Shown piece by piece: positions 49,112 to 61,960 of a DNA stretch of 64,000 nucleotides; the stretch's first letter is position 1; every line of letters begins with the position of its first letter. Origin of the DNA: Azolla caroliniana. Its lineage: Eukaryota > Plantae > Polypodiophyta. The stretch covers positions 22,134,001 through 22,198,000 of the forward strand of contig JBHGNT010000001.1 in assembly GCA_043228905.1 (NCBI GenBank), read 5' to 3'. The notes beneath the pieces were generated by a model, which was not told where the DNA came from, ran no database searches, and was given only the letters and a program-made list of their open reading frames with translations. A program made the translations under genes and the position numbers.

Positions 49112-50599
49112 ACGTGTAGCACGTTCATGAGTTTCCCTTTCTGCCCGACGTGGCTGAAGGGAACTTCTCCGACATTCTCGATGGTATGCGGAGTGTTGTC
49201 TCCACTTTCGACAACTACTTGTTTTTCCGGTTTCTCCAAGTACGAGAACCATCATATGATTTGATGCTCCAGAGTCAACATTCCACACCTCCTTTGGTTT
49301 CGAGGTGTTCACCGCCAACAAATTGGCCTTGTGCTTCATTGCGAAGGTTGGGCTCGATCCATTTTCGGCTCGTTCGGAGCCCTCAGCGTAGTGCAATCAC
49401 TGATGATTTTCGTGTTCGGTCGATCCGAATCCAGATGTTGTTTTCTCCGAATCAGCACATTTCTTCCAACACTCGCTCTCGCTGTGGCCTTTCTTGCCAC
49501 AGTACCAACATTCCACTATTACCCGTAAGAATATATGAGGAGGCATAAGGGTATGTGAAATGATGTGATTGATGTGTATGTATAATATGAATGAGTGTGT
49601 GAGGATGAGTATGTGTATGTGTATGAACACATGCACATTTGTGTGCATGTGTACAAAGGTGAGAAAGTGGGTAAGTAATGTAACTCCTTACTTGTCTCAT
49701 TCTTTATTTGTAACGGTTACCTCTTGTACTATATAAACCCACCCATGGGGCATAATTGAACATAGCTTTTTCCCTCTCATTTTGGTGTTGTTTCTTTGTC
49801 TCTCTCTCTAGCTATCTCCCTATCGTAACCCCTCTCGGAGAAAGGCTTCAGCCCCCACCCCAACAACACTTTTGGCATGCCTGAACGGCCGACATCCCTT
49901 GAGAAGAGGTCACTCTCTCCCTCCCTCATTTGTCCCTCTCCATCAATAATCTCTCTCTTTCTCTCCCCCCCCCCTCTTCTCTACATGTGTTTGTGTGTCT
50001 CTGTGTTAGAGAGTGATGCATAGCATAGGTATGGCGAAGTGACCCATGAAGATAAGAGATCCAATGCCTTTGAAAGCTCCCTAGTTGTTGACACCCACTC
50101 TCCCCACATCTTGCTCCTTGCCTGCTATGTTTCTTCATCGTGCATGCACTGAACTCGATTCTCGTATGGACTCTCTGTGGGAGAGCCAGCCTAAAATGGA
50201 GATCTCAGCAGTGCTTCCCCTTCCTTTTCCCCATCTGCTTCTTCTCTTACTCTCAAATGCCCCTTACCTTCATGAAAGGCAAGACCCTAGATCGTTTCCT
50301 CACGGCCAGAACTGTGCTTCGGTTTTAAACTGCGCTTTGCCTGCAAACATTTTTCCTCAGCCTGCTGATTCCAAGCTTCTTCATCCTCTGATTCATTCTA
50401 ATTCCAAGCCACATCCACTATCTCCCTTTCTCCTCTTAAACCCTATGTTATCCCCCCTATCTGCATCCTCATTTGAACAGTTCAGCATTGGAGGATGCTG
50501 ATCTCTCAGATACCGACGTTTGTGTCTTGTATAAAAAGGAAGACACAAGAAGGAAAGAAAGGTCTGTCTAGATAGAGGGAGAGGGTGAGGAAGAGAGAA

Positions 50600-50860
50600 A
50601 TGTGGCATGAAGCACGAAAGTCTGAGAAGAGGATCCATAACATGATGGATGCTTCTCGGAAGAGAGCAGAAAGGATAGCAGTGTTCCTCGCCAAGCGAAG
50701 AGGAGACCCTCAACAATCCCTGCGCCTAATCGGTACGCCTTGTTGCGTCCACCACGATCCGTCTCTCGATTAAGTGACTCAAGGATTGATTCCTTGGAAT
50801 GGAAAGCAAAACAATCTCAGTGACGGGTTTGATGGAAGAGCTCTGCTTGATTTCATTCGA
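50600..50860 (+). pseudogene. CLASRP: Captured intronless 5' fragment of a CLK4-associating SR-rich protein (SWAP/DRY_EERY N-terminal domain)
   Basis: MWHEARKSEKRIHNMMDASRKRAERIAVFLAKRRGDPQQSL...*VTQGLIPWNGKQNNLSDGFDGRALLDFIR, recognisable as the conserved CLASRP N-terminus; one internal stop. Confidence 0.85.
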
Positions 50861-51189
50861 CAGAATGATGCAAAGTTTGTGCTCAAAGAGAGAAGACCTA
50901 GAAAGAAGGATTACAAAGCTGGGAGGCTCAATTCCTATATGGGAGGCTGAACAGTACATGTCATTAGCACATCACGATAGGGATGAAGCTCGAGGATCCC
51001 TCAGACCTTGGCTCGCAAGATTTTGTTGTTGCTATTAAGGGTAGCAGTGGCCTTCCTTATAAAGGTGTGTGGCTAGAGCATGCTATGGGGGGTTATGTGG
51101 ACGGGCCGAATAGGAGCTGAAGAAAAGTATCTGCCAAACAGAAGTAACAGAAAAGTAACGGCTGAACCGGAGTGGCTGAAAAGAAAACG

Positions 51190-51725
51190 GTCGAGATGTG
51201 CGGCCAAGTAAGAATACTGCCGAGATGCGTGGCCCACAGTACGACCGAGACGTGAGAATATAGCCGAGACGATGGCCGAGAGTACAACCGAGATGCACGG
51301 CCAAGAATGCGGCTAAGACGCATGGCTGAGTGTACGATCGAGACGCGTGGCTGAGTGTACGGCCGAGACGCGCAACCGAGAGTATGGCCAAGTAATGCCC
51401 GAGAGAAGGTTGGGGCAAGAATCGGTTGAGAGATCATCATCAGCCAAGAGCATACCGAGATACGGCGACAACCGACAGTGGCGGACAGACAGGGAGCTGG
51501 CCGAAGGAGACAAAGACGGCCAAGCCACAGACATGCGGAGGATAGCCAACGGACGGCGACGGCCGGACAGACGCTCCGGCAGTCGGCTAGCCGAACGGCC
51601 AAGAAATTGAGGCCAAAAGACGGCCCCAAACAGAGCCGGTCGGTGTATAGGCGCGGCCGAACTGGCTGAGAGATGACCGACGTCCAATAGAGGGCCAGAA
51701 AGACACGGCCAACGGGCCGGCCGAA
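51190..51725. repeat. Degenerate short tandem repeats (CGGCCGAGA-type units) inside element J
   Basis: Many GGCCGAGA/GGCCAAGA/GGCTGAG variants at about 10-20 bp spacing. Confidence 0.7.
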
Positions 51726-52817
51726 CAGAGACATCCAGCGGACAACGGATGGAGCCAACCTGCCAATGGAGACGGTTACGGACAAAGCCGGTCGCCGGAC
51801 AACGGCGACCGACCGATGGACAACTGGCTAGACCGCCAACAGGTGGTCGGATGGCGAGTGGAAACGACGGCTGGAGAGAATGACAGATGCAGAGAAGAAA
51901 GAGAAGACATACGCAAGAAAGAGAAGACATGCGCAGAGAAGGAAAAGAGGAAGCAAGGAAGAGGAAGAAGAAGCATCTGAAGGAAGCCGGAGATAGAAGC
52001 TCGAAATGCTCTACAGAAAAGCTGAGAAAGAAGCCATAGTACACCTTAATGCAGCCCCCTTGACACATAAAACCAAAACAGGTTCAATAAAGGAAATTCA
52101 GAAGGGTTTATGGAAGAAAAAGAAGAGAGGAGGGAGATGAGAAAAACAGACGAAGAAGAAATCAGAAGAACAAGAAGATACAGACAGAGAGAGAAAAAGA
52201 AAAAAGGAGAAGAAGAGGGGAAGAGAAGAAAATTTGAAGAAATAGAAACAAAATTTCATAAGTTCGTAAGGGCAGAGAGGAAAATTTCCATAATTTGAGG
52301 GCATACTATCGAATTTCAGAAGCTCGAGTGTTGAAGAGAAAATTTCGAATAAGCAAGGGCCGAAAAAAATAAAATTTAAATGCAAAACATGAGGGTACAA
52401 ATTAGAACTTTAAAAATTAAGGGGTACAAATCATGAAATTACAAAAACACTACTCACATGATGAAAGAAAGAATACATAAATACACAAAACGAGTTCACG
52501 ACCCATGTTGCAGTGAACTAGCCAATTGGTGTATGATCCAATCATGCATTCTGCTGACCGAACAAGAAGGTTCGAGTCAACCAAAGCTCCGATTGAAGTT
52601 CTCGATTGTAGAGCAGTGACCGTTGAGACGACCGATGGAGTTCCGGTCGAGAAGAGTTCCATACGCAGGGCCTGTCCATTGCTCAATATGCAGGGCCTAC
52701 CCATGACGAGTGAGTTCACCGTGCAATGCACTGTCCCATAGGCATGCCATGTGTTACTCGGAAGAATATACGGGGAGGCATAAGGGTATGTGTAATGATG
52801 TGGTTGATGTGTATGTA

Positions 52818-55800
52818 TGATGCGGAATATGTGGAATATTACTCGGCCACAACCGAGTCTCAAATTGGGTCATTTAGAATCGAAACACCGAGAATGGGAA
52901 TGGAGGGTAAATACACATATATGCACGCACACTATAAACAAGAGAATACACGAGATGTTAACGTGGAAAACCCTGAGAGGGAAAAACCACAAGACCCCAC
53001 AGACTCCAAACTATCACTATGTCAAAGAATACAACAAGGGGCGTAGAGGCAATGACCTCGTGCTCACACTCTTCGACCCCCGACGGTTACAACAGAGAAT
53101 CACTCTGTATCTCTCTCTCTCTATATATATATATATATACAACAGTTACGACCAAAACGCAAAGAATGACCGACACACATATACAAAGTGTTTGCCCTAG
53201 ATCATATTTATACTAATATGACATTAGGACTATTTACCTATATGTCCCTTCATCCGGTGAGAGGTTCTCACCGGGCCTGCATCATCCGGTTCTCACCGGG
53301 TCTTCCTTGCCGGGTACTCATCATCCGGTTCTCACCGGGTCTTCCTTGTCGGGTACTCATCATCCGGTTCTCACGATCCCATCCGGAGAGACCGAAATCC
53401 CAACAATCTCCCCCTTCACTCTGGCATGGGATGTTTCGTCAAACCGATCCGCGTCTGACATGCGTCCAGCTTGTTGGGTGTCAGCACTTTGGTCAGCATG
53501 TTCGACCCGTTCTCCTCCGTGTGGATCTTCGTCAACACGAATTCTTGATCTTCAACTCGCTCCCAGATCCAGTGGTACTTGCGCTGGATGTGTTTCATTC
53601 TGGAATGGTATGCCGAGTTCTTTGCAAGGTGGATGGCACTTTGACTGTCACAATAGAGCCGATATTCCTCTTGTCGGATCCCTAGCTCTCCGATGAAGTC
53701 CTTCATCCATAATATTTCCTTGCCAGCTTCCACAGCTGCCATGTACTCCGCTTCCGTGGTTGACAACGCAACCGCCTTTTGCAGCCTCGACTACCACGAA
53801 ACGCCCCCCCCTGCATATGTCATGACATATCCGTATGTTGACCGGCTGGTATCCGCATCAGCCAACATATCCAAATCTGTGAAACCGTCAATTTGGGGTT
53901 TACCGGAGCCGAATCGGAGGCACATACTTGAGGTGCCTTTCAAGTACCAGAGTATCCACTTGACTGCATTCCAGTGCTCTCTATCGGGATTGCTCATGAA
54001 CTGGCTCACCACTCCTACTACGTATCCGATATCTGGTCGGGTACAGACCATTGCGTACATTAAGCTCCCGACGACATACGCATATGGTATCTTCATCATA
54101 TCCGCCTTCTCTACCTTTGTCTTCAGGCTTTGCTTACCAGATAATCTGCAGTTTTCTGGGAGTGTCGATCCGACCGGTTTCGCATTCGACATGTTGAACA
54201 GCTGAAGCACCTTTGTCACATACTTTTCCTGTGACAGCCACAATAGCTTCTTCCACCGGTCCCTGATGATGTGCATCCCCAATATCTGTCTTGCCGGACC
54301 CAAGTCTTTCATTTAGAAAGTCCGGTTCAGGGCCTTCTTCAGCATCCGTATTTTGACTTGGTCAAGTTCAACGATCAACATATCATCCACATATAGGAGG
54401 AGTATCAAGAAGTCTCCTCCGTCAAATTTCTTCACAAACACACAGTGATCGTCTTGCATCTTGTGGTACCCTTGATTGGTCATGAAGGAGTCAAACTTCT
54501 GGTACCATTGTTGGGGAGCTTGCTTCAGTCCATATAAGCTCTTCTTCAACCGGCAAACCATGTGCTCCTTCCCTTTCTTCACAAATCCTTCCGGTTGTTG
54601 CATGTAGATCCTTTCTTCGAGGTCGCCGTGAAGGAACATCGGCTTCACGTCTAGTTGCCCTACCTCGAGGTCCATGCTTGCCGCTATACTTAGCACTGTC
54701 CGGATGGAAGTCATCTCCACTACCGGGGCAAATATCTCATCAAAGTCCACTCCCTTCTTTTGCTCGAACCCCTTCACCACGATGTTGGCTTTGTACCTTG
54801 GGGGGTTGCCGGCATCTCCCGGTTTCAACTTGTACACCCACTTATTACAGAGTGCCCGCTTTCCTTTCGGCAACTCCACCAGTTCATACGTGTGGTTCTC
54901 ATGCAGGGAATCCATCTCGTCCTGCATGGCACTTAACCACTTGCAACTGTGGGTGTCCTCCTTTGCTTCTTTGAAGCTTTCCGGCTCCCCCTCATCGGTT
55001 AGCAACACGCACTCTGTATCCGGAAATCTCCGGGGGGGGCTTCTCTCTCTGAGAGGATATCTATGTCCTTGGCTTTCGGCAACCGGCTCCTCTATTTGTT
55101 CTTCATCCGAATCCGATTCGGGGTCTTGGCCAGTTCCAGTTTCTGCTTCTTCTTCTTCTTCGGTCGGTTCGGTTTCCTCTCCGTAACCAGCCGGTTCTTC
55201 GAGTGTTAACCGGCTCTTAGCCGGGTAGGTCCGTATCTCATCGAACCGATACTTACCGGTCGACTCGGAGTTCATTGTCTTCTTCTCTGACTCCCAGTCG
55301 GTAAGGGTCTTGTCCTCCATGAAGATAATATCTTGACTCTAGAAAACCTTCTTGTCAACCGGATCCCACACTCGGTAGCCGAACTCATCATCGCAGTATC
55401 CGAGGAATATGCAAGGTCGAGACTTTGGATCCAACTTTTCTCTCCGGTCCTTTGCAACATGCACGTAAGCGAGACACCCGAACACCTTCAGATGCTGGTA
55501 AGACACTTCCTTACTGGTCCACACGCTCTGTGGCATGTCTCTGTCCGAGGGCACTGAGGGTGATCTGTTTATCACGTACGTCACTGTCGCCAACGTCTCA
55601 GCCCAAAACGTCTTGGGTAAGTTTGCATGTACCAGCATACTTCGGTTCATCCTCTCCATTATGGTCCGGTTCATCCTGTCGGCAAGCCCGTTTAGTTTTG
55701 GCATCTTTGGCACGGTAAATTCGAGCTAGATTCCCTTCGAGCGACAGTACTCCTCAAACTACCCCCGGTATTCGCCTCCGCTATCTGCTCGAACCGCCTT

Positions 55801-57763
55801 CAACTTCCAGCCAGTTTCTCTTTCCACTCTTGCGTGGAGCTCCTTGAAGATGGATAACACCTGATCCTTCTTCTTTAACGGTGTGGCCCACAACTTCCGG
55901 ATGTGGTCGTCTATGAACGTCACGAAGTATTGCGATCCGGTATGTGACTTTGTGTCCACTTGACACACATCGGTATGCACCAGCTCTAGTGGTGCATTCC
56001 TTCTCATTGATGGCCTTAATTGGAAGGAGGTCCGGTTTTACTTACCAGAAAGGCAGTCGGTGCACCTCTCAAGATGCGCGTCCTTCACCGGAATGAGGTT
56101 GTCATCGGCAAGCCTCCTCATCCCCTTCTCGCTCATGTGACACAGTCTCTTGTGCCACAGCTCACCGGCAGTGTCAGATGCCACATTCACTTCTTCCCGG
56201 CCTAACCGGGCATTCATCAGGTATAGGTTGTTGACTTTCCGGTCCCAAGCCACTATCAGGCTCCTCTTGCTAAACTTCATGACGTTGTTCCGGAAGCTAC
56301 CCGTGTAGCCTTCATCATCTAGCCAGCCGGTTGATATCAGGTTCAATCGAACCTCCGGAATGTGTCGAACATCCTTCAGCAGCATCTTGCATCCGGTTGG
56401 TGTTGTCAAGCACATGTCTCCTATGCCGACAAATCGGCATGTACCTTCATTCCCCATCCGGATGCAGCCGTGCTCACCGGTTGTGTAGGATGAGAAGCAT
56501 TTCCGATCCAGGGTCAGGTGGAACGATGCCCCGGAATGAACAACCCACGTTGTCTCGTCGCCATCAAGGTTCAACTCACTCTCCTCGGTGATGAGCATCA
56601 ACTCTTCTTCACTTGCTGCGATTGCCGTCGTTCCCTTCCGGTCTTTGCCGTTCCGGTCCGGTGACCCCTTCGAATCGTTACTGTTGGTTTCCTTGTCTTT
56701 CCGGAAATGCCGAGAGTTCTTCTGAAAGTGCCCCAGCTTGCCGCAATAGAAGCAAGTGGGCCTCCCCATTGACTTTGACCGTGTCCCTGACTTTTCCCGG
56801 TTTTGGGGACTCCAATTCCTTTGTCTTCCGCATTTTGATTTGGTAATGAGGGCTTTCGCGTCGGAGATCACCTCCTTGTCTTTCTGACGCGCCTCCTCAT
56901 CTAGCAAGCTCGACTTGACTCTTGCTAGGGATAGTTGTTTTCCTTCTGGCCCGGTGTTGCCCAAGGTGACAACCAACATCTCCCAGCTATCCGGGAGGGA
57001 ACCAAGCAGGAGTAGAGCAACTACCGCATCGGTGAGAGGTACTTCCAACGAGGTTGCTTGGTGTATCAGCCCCTGGAAGGCATTCATGTGCTCCACCATA
57101 CTGAAGCCATCTTGGTATCGGAGTCTTACTAGCTTCCGGAATACCAAAACCCGATTAACAACATTTTTGTTCTGAAACATAATGTCGATCTTCTCCCAAA
57201 GTTCATGAGCCTTACTTTCTTCATTAAAGTTGTTGTACAGGCTCATGTCGATGAAGCACCGTATGTACGCCGTTGTCTTCATGTGCATCACCTCCCATAT
57301 CGTGGCATCGATCTTGTTCGGGGTCTTATCCCCGAACATAACCGGCAACCAAAGATCTTTAACCACGAGCATGTCCCTCATCTTCGACTTCCACACTGAG
57401 TCGTTGGAGCAGGTGAGCTTGAACATGCCACCAAATGAATCTTCCATTTTCTGTGTTGTTTCGCTCTAATACCAAATTGTCACGAAATATGCGGAATATT
57501 ACTTGGCCACAACCGAGTCTCAAATCGTGTAGTTTAGAATCGAAACACCGAGAATGGGAATGGAGGGTAAATACACGTATATGCACACACACTATAAACA
57601 AGAGAGTACACGAGATGTTAATGTGGAAAACCCTGAGATAGAAAAACCACGGGAGCCCATAGACTCCAAACTATCATTATGTCAAAGAATAAAATAGGGG
57701 GCACAGAGGCAACAACCTCGTGCTCACACTCTTCACCTAGCGGTGGTTACAACAGAGAATCGC

Positions 57764-57809
<46 letters not shown>

Positions 57810-58018
57810 CAATCGTTACGACCACAACGCAAAGAATGACCAACACACATATACTAAGTGCTTGCCCTCTAGACATTAGGACTATTTACCTATATGTCCC
57901 TTCATCTAGTGAGAGGTTCTCACCGGGCCTGCATCATCCGGTTCTCACCGGGTCTTCCTTGCCGGGTACTCATCATCCGGTTCTCACGATCCCATTCGGA
58001 GACACCGAAATCCCAACA
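52818..58018 (-). mobile_element. Copia-7, full-length degenerate relative of Copia-5
   Basis: LTRs 52818-53405 and 57478-58018; TSD ATGTA; PBS 57463-57474; PPT 53408-53418. Confidence 0.95.
53416..57447 (-). pseudogene. Copia-7 gag-pol with stops and frameshifts
   Basis: ORFs 56038-57447, 55759-56007, 55339-55713, 54313-55320, 53791-54312 and 53416-53766 are collinear with the Copia-5 protein. Confidence 0.94.
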
Positions 58019-59168
58019 ATGTATAATATGAATGCGTGTGTGAGGACGAGTATGTGTATGTGTATGAACACATGCACATTTGTGTGTATGTGTCCAAAGG
58101 TGAGAAAGTGGGTAAGTAATGTAACTCCTTACTTGTCTCATTCTTTATTTGTAACGGTTACCTCTTGTACTATATAAACCAACCCATAGGGCATAATAGA
58201 ACATAGCTTTTTCCCTGTCATTTTGGTGTTGTTTTTTTGTCTCGATCTATAGCTCTCTCCCTATTGTAACCCCCTTGGGAGGGGGGTGAAGCCATCCACA
58301 ACGGGTTTTCCTTGCCGGTTTCCAGCGCTGCCTCGACTCCCCCTGCTTTCAGAGGGTTCGGAACTACTGTTGGCATTTCAACCATGCCTTCCATCTTGCT
58401 CCTGTCGGCCACCTCCATTGCTCACCGAATCGCCTCGTTTTCCATGACCACGGGGCCTATCTTCCTCCGTTTACAACATCTTCTTGTCGGCGTGCGTACT
58501 TGTTGACGCACCCGCGTGGTTCTCCTCTACTAGGAGCATCGATTGTAAATCGAAAAACGATGGTGTATTCTCCTTCGTACAGACCGCTGTTCGGAAAGCT
58601 CCGAACTTTGACACTAACCCTCCGAGTTAGACCTGCACCATTTCGTCCTCCTCAACGTTTACATCGACAGAGGCGTGAGAGTCGCAGATGTCCTTGATCT
58701 TGGAGGTGTAGTTAGCTACCGACATTTCTCGTTGTCGAACATTGCTCAACTCTAGCCTGAGTTGGATCTTTATGGCTATGGTGCTCATGGAGAAAATCTT
58801 TTTAAGATTTCCCCAAGCATCCTTCGCCATCTTCGCATCCTGAATGTAGCTCAGAAGCTGAGCGCTCACATAGGATGCGAAGCAGTAGAGAACTTTGCTT
58901 GCCGCCTGTTCCTAGGCCGGGAAATCTCTGTGTGTCAATTCGGGTGTTGCGTCATTAGCTCCATCAACATAACTCTAGTCGCCATGCCAGAGCAGGTACT
59001 GGTGCATCTTGTACGACCAAGATGCATAGTTGCTTCTATCGAGCTTCTCCGTCTGAAGCAAGCTAGCCATTCCTCTATTCGTTCTTTTCTTCTTCTGTTC
59101 TTTCACTATGATTAGGGTTTGTCTGTTTGTCGGCAACAACAGATCTCAACCCTCACGCTCTGATACCA

Positions 59169-59594
59169 TGCAAAAGAATACGTGCGGAAGCTTAATAGAC
59201 ACAATCGGCTAACAACAGACAAAAGACACAGAGGATGAGGAAGGTTTAATGAAAAGCTTAATCAACACATTGTATGTAGGAGAGATAGAGAGAGCAGAAC
59301 ACAGAAAACTCTATTCCAAAACAATACTCTAAAACTCTATACATAGGATGTGCTTAGAGAGCACTTTTATACAAGTCCATACAAACTGACAAAAGTATTG
59401 ACACGTACTTCAATGCTCATCAATGAGCCTCTACACTAACTCCCAAAATATATTCCTCTGCGGAATATCTATCCAACAACCTCCCGGTTTACGCACCGCT
59501 ATGGCCTCTCATTGCGCACCTGGTTTACGCACCCAATCTACGCACTGATTTAGGCACCGGTTTACGCACCCAATGTTGAGCTTGTATCTCACCA
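59169..59594 (-). repeat. Copia-6 5' LTR
   Basis: Homologous to the Copia-1/2 LTRs (GGTGCGTAA repeats, TTGTATAAAAGTGCTC); PBS at 59157-59168. Confidence 0.85.
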
Positions 59595-61960
59595 ACAACT
59601 CATCTACCCAAAAAGCTCGAGTGAGTCGAGACGTCGTTTTCGACGACTCAACAGCCTAGTACGATCCAAAGACGACTCCGATTTCTACTCCAGTCTTGTT
59701 CGAAGAGATAGAAGATGAATTTTGACTCAAACACATGTTCGAAGAATGTTCGATTACGACAAGGCTTAGTGGACCACAAGAGCCCCCAAGTGACTGAATC
59801 ACATCTCGGCCAAGTCCGAAACTCGACAAAGGGAAGGCCTAGATGTCCAAAAACGAAGATCCAACCAACAATGAGTCAACTCACTCCCTCGATAGTGAGT
59901 TTGAAGGCCTCGACATCCGGACAAACGGAGCGAAGAAAGCCTTAGTATCCGCAAATGAGAAGCTCCACCGGTCCACCCGTGAAAAGAACCTCGTAAGTCG
60001 ATTTGGCTATGATGAGTACATGGCGTATCATTACGCCTTCATGATGAAGGTAGCAACTGTCCAAGATCTGGAAACACTTTCCGAATTCATAAAAGACCAG
60101 CGATGGGTCGACATGATGAATGAAGAAATCCAGGCCTTGTGCAATAACGAGACGTGGGATCTTGTTCCCCATTCACCTCACAAAAAAGCAATTGGTTGCA
60201 GATGGATCTATAAGGTCAAATACAATGTTGATGGCTTCGTAAATCGCTTCAAAGCACGACTCGTCGCAAAAGGATATGCACAAACGCACGGAGTCGATTA
60301 CTAGGAGACCTTTGCCCCAGTGGCAAAGTGACAGGAAAGATGGCATCTTCACTAAATGGATATCAAGAACACCTTTCTTCAAGGCAAATTGGAAGAGGAG
60401 GTGTATATGGTACAACCACCCAGCTTCGAATCGGGTACTCATCCGAAAGTGGTGTGCTGATTCAAGAAGCTAATCTACGGCCTCAAGCAAGCACCACATG
60501 CTTGGCTATCGAAGATCACTCATTATATTCACCAAATCGTCTTTTGAATGTCGAAATTGGGCAACTCCTTGTACATCCAAAACGAGCAAAACAACCCGAT
60601 TGTCATTATCCTATACGTGGATGATCTAGTAATCGGAGGAAAGGATCTCGTTGAGATTATTAAGGTGAAGTCATTCCTATCCGACAGATTCGAAATGAAA
60701 GACCTGCACGAGCGCCATTACTTCCTTGGCATCAAAGTCATTTGAACACCAGTCAGGATATTGATCTCTCAACGACACTATGTTCTCAACTTACTCTACA
60801 AGTTCGGAATGACCGAGTGCAAAACCGTGTCTACCCCTCTCGACAGAAATCTGAAGCTTGATGTCAATTCGGGAACAACCGAGTGCGATCTGACTCAGTA
60901 TCGACAACTGATCGACAGTCTAATTTATCTAACCATCACATGACCCGACCTCAATTATTCCATCGGCCTACTTAGCCAATACAAGCAGAACCCACGAAAT
61001 GATCATCTCAATTGCGCTAAAAGGATACTTAGGTATGTCAATAAGACGATGGATTACGGCATCATGTATAAGTTGAATATGCTTATTCGACTCGAAGGGT
61101 ACACGAGCGCGGACGGGGCTGATTATAAGCCTGATAGACGATCCACTTCCGGATTCATCTTCTCCCTCGGCAGTAGAGAGATCTCCCAGAGCAGCAAGAA
61201 GCAACCAACAATCGCATTGTCGAGCAAGGAGGCCGAATACATGGACGTAGCAGTCGCCACGTGCGAAGCTGTCTGGCTCAAACCCATCTTGAAGGACCTG
61301 GGTGTTCCCATCATGGATCCAATTTGCATTTTCTACTACAACATGAGCAACATCTACCTTGCTCAGAACCCGATATTCCAAGCGTTGAGTAAACACATCA
61401 AAGTGCACTACCACTTCATTCATGCGCGCGTTCAATCCGTCGAAATCGATCTCCAACACATCAGTACAAACCTTCAAATTGTTGACATCTTTACGAAGGC
61501 CTTAGGAGTCGACAAGCTTGGGCAATTCACATTGGACCTTGGTCTCACGATCTCTACATTGCCAAGCTTGAGGGGGAGTACAACATGTGACATGGAAGCA
61601 GTCGAGAAGAAGAAGTAACCGACTAGAGGAGTTGAATTACAACGAACAACGAGCATGAAGCCGAAAATCCGAACGACCAAGTTCCAAGATTTTGAAAGCC
61701 GGAAGCCGCTTCATCCAAATCGAAGTATTCCGAAGACCGAAACAAAACGACTTTTCAACATAGAGAAGTTGTGTTTGAAGGGGCGCGTTGAGAATCAAAC
61801 TCAACTTCCCATAGAGAGAGTGTCCACACTAGTCAATGGATATCGTACTAGGATAATTTTGTAATTAGTAGAAACTTGGGCACTTGCCCTAGATCATTGC
61901 GTACGACTTTACACTAACAAAAGCTAGACATTTAAGGAAGTCGACAATAGACATAATAAA
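59595..61960 (+). mobile_element. Copia-8, 3' half (integrase end, RT, RH, PPT, LTR remnant from ~61786)
   Basis: RVSRDVVFD, AIGCRWIYKVKY, LYVDDL, KHIKVHYHFI; heavily degenerate; right end uncertain. Confidence 0.82.

Larger units (their letters stand above)
49517..58294. mobile_element. Element J, non-autonomous LTR element (no gag/pol) carrying host gene fragments; right LTR split by Copia-7
   Basis: About 340-bp direct repeats at 49517-~49853 and 52752-52817 plus 58024-58294; TSD TCCAC (49512-49516 and 58295-58299); orientation ambiguous. Confidence 0.85.
49112..59594 (-). mobile_element. Copia-6, 5' part (LTR 59169-59594, Met PBS, gag 58300-59070, gag end/protease 49112-49516), split by element J
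   Basis: Same family as Copia-1/2; removing 49517-58299 restores GKPVVECWYCGKKGHSESECW. Confidence 0.88.

Noticed and set aside
51190-51725. CRISPR-like array
   Set aside because: Units are short and degenerate with no unique spacers of regular length, there are no cas genes, and the context is a eukaryotic retroelement
51083-52068. Long minus-strand ORFs (230-251 aa) in element J
   Set aside because: They arise from GC-rich repeats with few stop codons and contain no recognisable domain
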